64,000 nt of DNA from Lytechinus pictus (taxonomy: Eukaryota), in contig NW_026974140.1 in assembly GCF_037042905.1 (NCBI RefSeq), positions 14,012,001-14,076,000 on the forward strand, in the 5' to 3' direction. Shown here piece after piece: positions 60,657 through 64,000 of this stretch (position 1 is its first letter; each line of letters opens with the position of its first letter). The notes beneath the pieces are model-generated. The model was not told the origin of the DNA and did not search any database. It saw only the letters and a list, made by a program, of their open reading frames with translations. Both the position numbers and the translations under genes were made by a program.

Positions 60657-62759
60657 CAGATCCCATTTGGATAAGACAGTATACAAAAAAAATATATTGA
60701 CATTGCTTGCCGGCGACTTCGTACTGAATTACTATATAGGCACAACGCGAGATAAAAATAGACATCCCTGTATTGATGTACGGGGCACTGTTATCCGTTT
60801 TGACGTAACAATTTTCGGTCCTGAATTTATTTTGACTCACCACTTTAACTTGCCTACCCGTGTCAATATCTTCGTCCATCTTGGAGATTGTTTCGCTCCC
60901 GATAATTTTGAAGAAACTTCATAATGTCTCCTGTAGTTATTTTTCCTTTTAATATGCCACCTCCTCACGTTCGACGGATGATGTAGACTTGACAAGTCTT
61001 CTATATCACTGTCATCTCAATATTTCGATTTATTTAAATCAGTTTTGTATTTCTGCTTCGTTTGTCATGTTATTAGCAACTTTTCGGGGATGAGAAATTT
61101 TTTTATGAAAAAAAAAAATATATCGAGCAAACTATTAAGTGAATTAACGTATTGTTGAAATCACCATGTTGCTCTTTAAATCACGAAAAAAATAAAGAGA
61201 GTTTAATTGTGCTTTTAGTCTGGCTTCGGCGCATTTTCAGTGTCGGGTGTCGATTAATACTTGTTCGTCTGTAGGCCTAATGGCTTGTCGGTTATTCTTC
61301 GCTTGCATAGATTCACTTCATGGTAAATGTGGTGCCTATATGAAAGTTTTGCTTGTCTGCGGTAAGTTTGTTTTAGTAAGCATTTTGGTCAGGTTAGGTC
61401 TTATTTTCCATGTTACGTTGATGTAATTGGTGAATCGATAAATGGTCTTTTCTGTATCGTTCTTGATAATGTAATGGAGGTATTGATGACTTATGCAGAA
61501 CCAGGGGCTATCCTGTTAAATGAAAACTGTTTCTGTGATGCAGGTCTTCTGAATCCAGACTCACCCCCTCGTGAATCAGCTGAAAGGTTACACGTTTTTA
61601 GGTTGTCTATGCTTAAGGCTGTCATTACCATCATAAGCTTGGGGCTTTGACTTAGTATTTACATTATGATCTTCTTTTCCTCTATCTAATTATGCATAAT
61701 CGGACTTTCATCCTTCTCCGCTGGTTAAAGGTGAGGTAAATCCTATTGTGTCCTTATGTAAACTATATATATAACTTAAACTTAAAATCACTTTTCTTTT
61801 AATGGCAACACGTAGTTAAAGAATATAGAATTCGAATTTGATAAGGCCTATACGATCTTCTACATTTACATATTTTTAATTGTTGATCAGGCTACCTGGA
61901 TATGACTTTCAAGTTTTATTGGCCCTATGCTTTGCAAGACTTCCATAATTATGTCCCCTCCACTAAAATTGAAAAAAAAATATGGAGAAGGTTTATCAAG
62001 AATTATCTAACGTATATTTAAGAGATTTAAGAAGGAAAAGTTGGATACATACCAAAATATGGCTTTATTCCGTCAAAATTTCGAGTGTGTGTAATTCCCA
62101 ATGGTATCGGTTTATTTAGTCAGAAAAATAAATACCCAATACTCTTGGAGAGTAGACTAGTCGTAATATCGGTTGATAACCATTATGAAACCCATGGCTT
62201 TCACAGTTCCTGCTAGCTCATTGAGTAAGGCGACAGACTGGAGATTCATCGTTCTGCAGCAAGAGGTTCGAATCCAAGTTCCAGCCGGAAGTAAGAAGAA
62301 AAATAAAGAAGAAAAAGAGAATGAAAGAAGGGGGTTTTGGAGAAGAATTTTTTTAAATTAGTGGAGGGGACATAAGGAAGTCTTTCCCTATATGCTTAAA
62401 TAAATGAAATGAAATGAAAAATTATGTGCAGCAATTGCACTTGGAATGAGAAAAGAGTGATTTTTTTAAATATAGAATGTTATTTTTCTACAAAATGTGG
62501 GTGAAATTATTGGTACCGAAACGAACTTGGTCACATTTTTAATATAGATAGACAGCACCAGGGACTATCCGAGATGATTAAACCGGTTGCATTATATACG
62601 CAGGTATATATTATCTCTCCCGGTGCTATACTTTCACATCTTACCTAGATAGTGTAATGCGTGCATGTATGTATATTTAACACCTGAAAATATTTATATA
62701 CACTATTAGTTGAAATATGATTTATTTTTACACGTGACCATGGTAGTGATGGTAATTAC

Positions 62760-62982
62760 TGATAATTGATGAAGAAGAAAAAGCTAAAATAAAGAGGAAA
62801 AAGGAGGAAGAGGGAAAGAAGGAGAAGAAGAAGGAGAAGGAGAAAAAGAAGAAGAAGAAGAAGAAGAGGAGGAGGGGGAGGAGGAAAAAGATGATGATGA
62901 TAATGAAGAAGTTGAAGAAGATGGGGGAGGAGGAGGAAGAAGAAGAAGAAGAAGAGGAAGAGGAGGAGTAGAAAAAAAGAAG
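62760..62982. repeat. Purine-rich (GAA/GGA/GAT) low-complexity tract
   Basis: Direct reading; source of the Ser/Phe/Leu-rich pseudo-ORFs. Confidence 0.9.
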
Positions 62983-63589
62983 TACATACGAAATCATAAT
63001 GTGTACTGCAGTTAGGCAAGAAACAGGCCTGTAGACTTATTATTAATATTATATGTTATATTTTATTTGAAAATTACAGGGTAAAAAATTTCAGGAATGA
63101 AAAAATCACGAATTGCGAATTTTATTACACAAATGAAAAATAAAAACACATATAGAAACACCATCAACAGAAGGTATTGCCCGATAATCGTAATGTCTAG
63201 GATAATTCTGCATCTCTGGTCGTAAAAACACACATCATGTATTAAAATTATGATGAGTAAACAATCTTCGTAGCTGCATATATACTTTCACCATCACGTG
63301 TAAATGATTATGCCATCGGCTGTCATCCCCCAAGTGACTATTTTCTTTCTCTTTGTGACCGAGTTGTTATAGCGATTAAGCGCTTTTCCATTTGTCTTAG
63401 GCCAGTATTTCAGGGACCATCGCTCCTGGCTTAGCGATGGCTTAGGGAGGGAGGTTTGTGTGTGTGTGCGTGTGTGGGGGGGGGATTAAATTGGATATTC
63501 AAAATATGAAAATTTTGAACCGATTTCAAGCTTAAGCTTGAATCATCAGGGAGGAAGGTGTTGAAAAAGTAAAGAGAATAAGAGGGATA

Positions 63590-63856
63590 TACTTTCTAAA
63601 TGCAAAGGAGCTAATCTGGTCCCTCCTCTCATAGTGAGATGAGGGGCCAGTCCTGATTTAATAAGATTCAATCTTTCAGGAGTGAATATTTACCTTTTTT
63701 TAGAGTGAAAGGTAAGAAAAGACGTGCACTTTCACAAAAAGGTAAAAAAAATCACTCTTGAAAGATTTAAATCTCATTCCATCAGGACTGGTCCCTCATC
63801 TCACTCTGAGAGGAGTGTGATTAGATAAAGATTAGCTCCTTTGCATTTAGAAAGTA
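63590..63856. mobile_element. Palindromic MITE; a second partial copy runs off the window end (~63900-64000)
   Basis: TIR TACTTTCTAAATGCAAAGGAGCTAATCT; 63945-64000 is the reverse complement of 63646-63700. Confidence 0.78.
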
Positions 63857-64000
63857 CGTAGAAAGAGAGGGGAGGAGAGAAAGATGATAAATTTTTAAAC
63901 CTTTCTTTGAGTGAAAGTGGGTGTGTTTTTTAACCTTTCATTCCAAAAAAGGTAAAAATTCACTCCTGAAAGATTGAATCTTTATAAATCAGGACTGGCC

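Noticed and set aside
61280-61650. Possible small spliced ORF (MKVLLVC-G, gtaagt donor at 61362, acceptor at 61543)
   Set aside because: Phase-compatible, but there is no recognisable homology and an early stop; cannot be supported without transcripts.
62728-63019. Ser/Phe/Leu-rich ORFs (also Lys-rich 2703 and Thr-rich 18321)
   Set aside because: Translations of microsatellite or low-complexity DNA.

Overview
AT-rich animal genomic DNA. The repeat repertoire suggests an echinoderm such as a sea urchin, but that is an inference. The window holds one complete protein-coding gene on the + strand: a 16-exon phosphoglucomutase-2/phosphopentomutase (PGM2 family; ATG 6731, TGA 39345-39347; 1809 nt CDS, 602 aa; all introns GT-AG with consistent phases). 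Almost everything else is non-autonomous transposon sequence: Kolobok/T2-like TTAA MITEs, Harbinger-like, hAT-like, Academ-like, P-like, Tc1/mariner-like and CACT-ended MITEs, nested Helentron-associated (HINE/pearl-like) elements with minisatellite cores, and LINE, Penelope and SINE remnants. Most notable observations: (1) strong excess of the palindromes TAGGCCTA and TACATGTA, two of which can be shown to be 6-bp insertions into a TA (excision-footprint-like); (2) a ~1.6-kb intronic palindrome with a 35-bp TIR micro-element and 8-bp TSD in its centre; (3) a TPSHNP rather than TASHNP catalytic loop in PGM2; (4) a 1.5-kb TIR element ending 78 bp before the start codon. Most short ORFs in the supplied track appear spurious.
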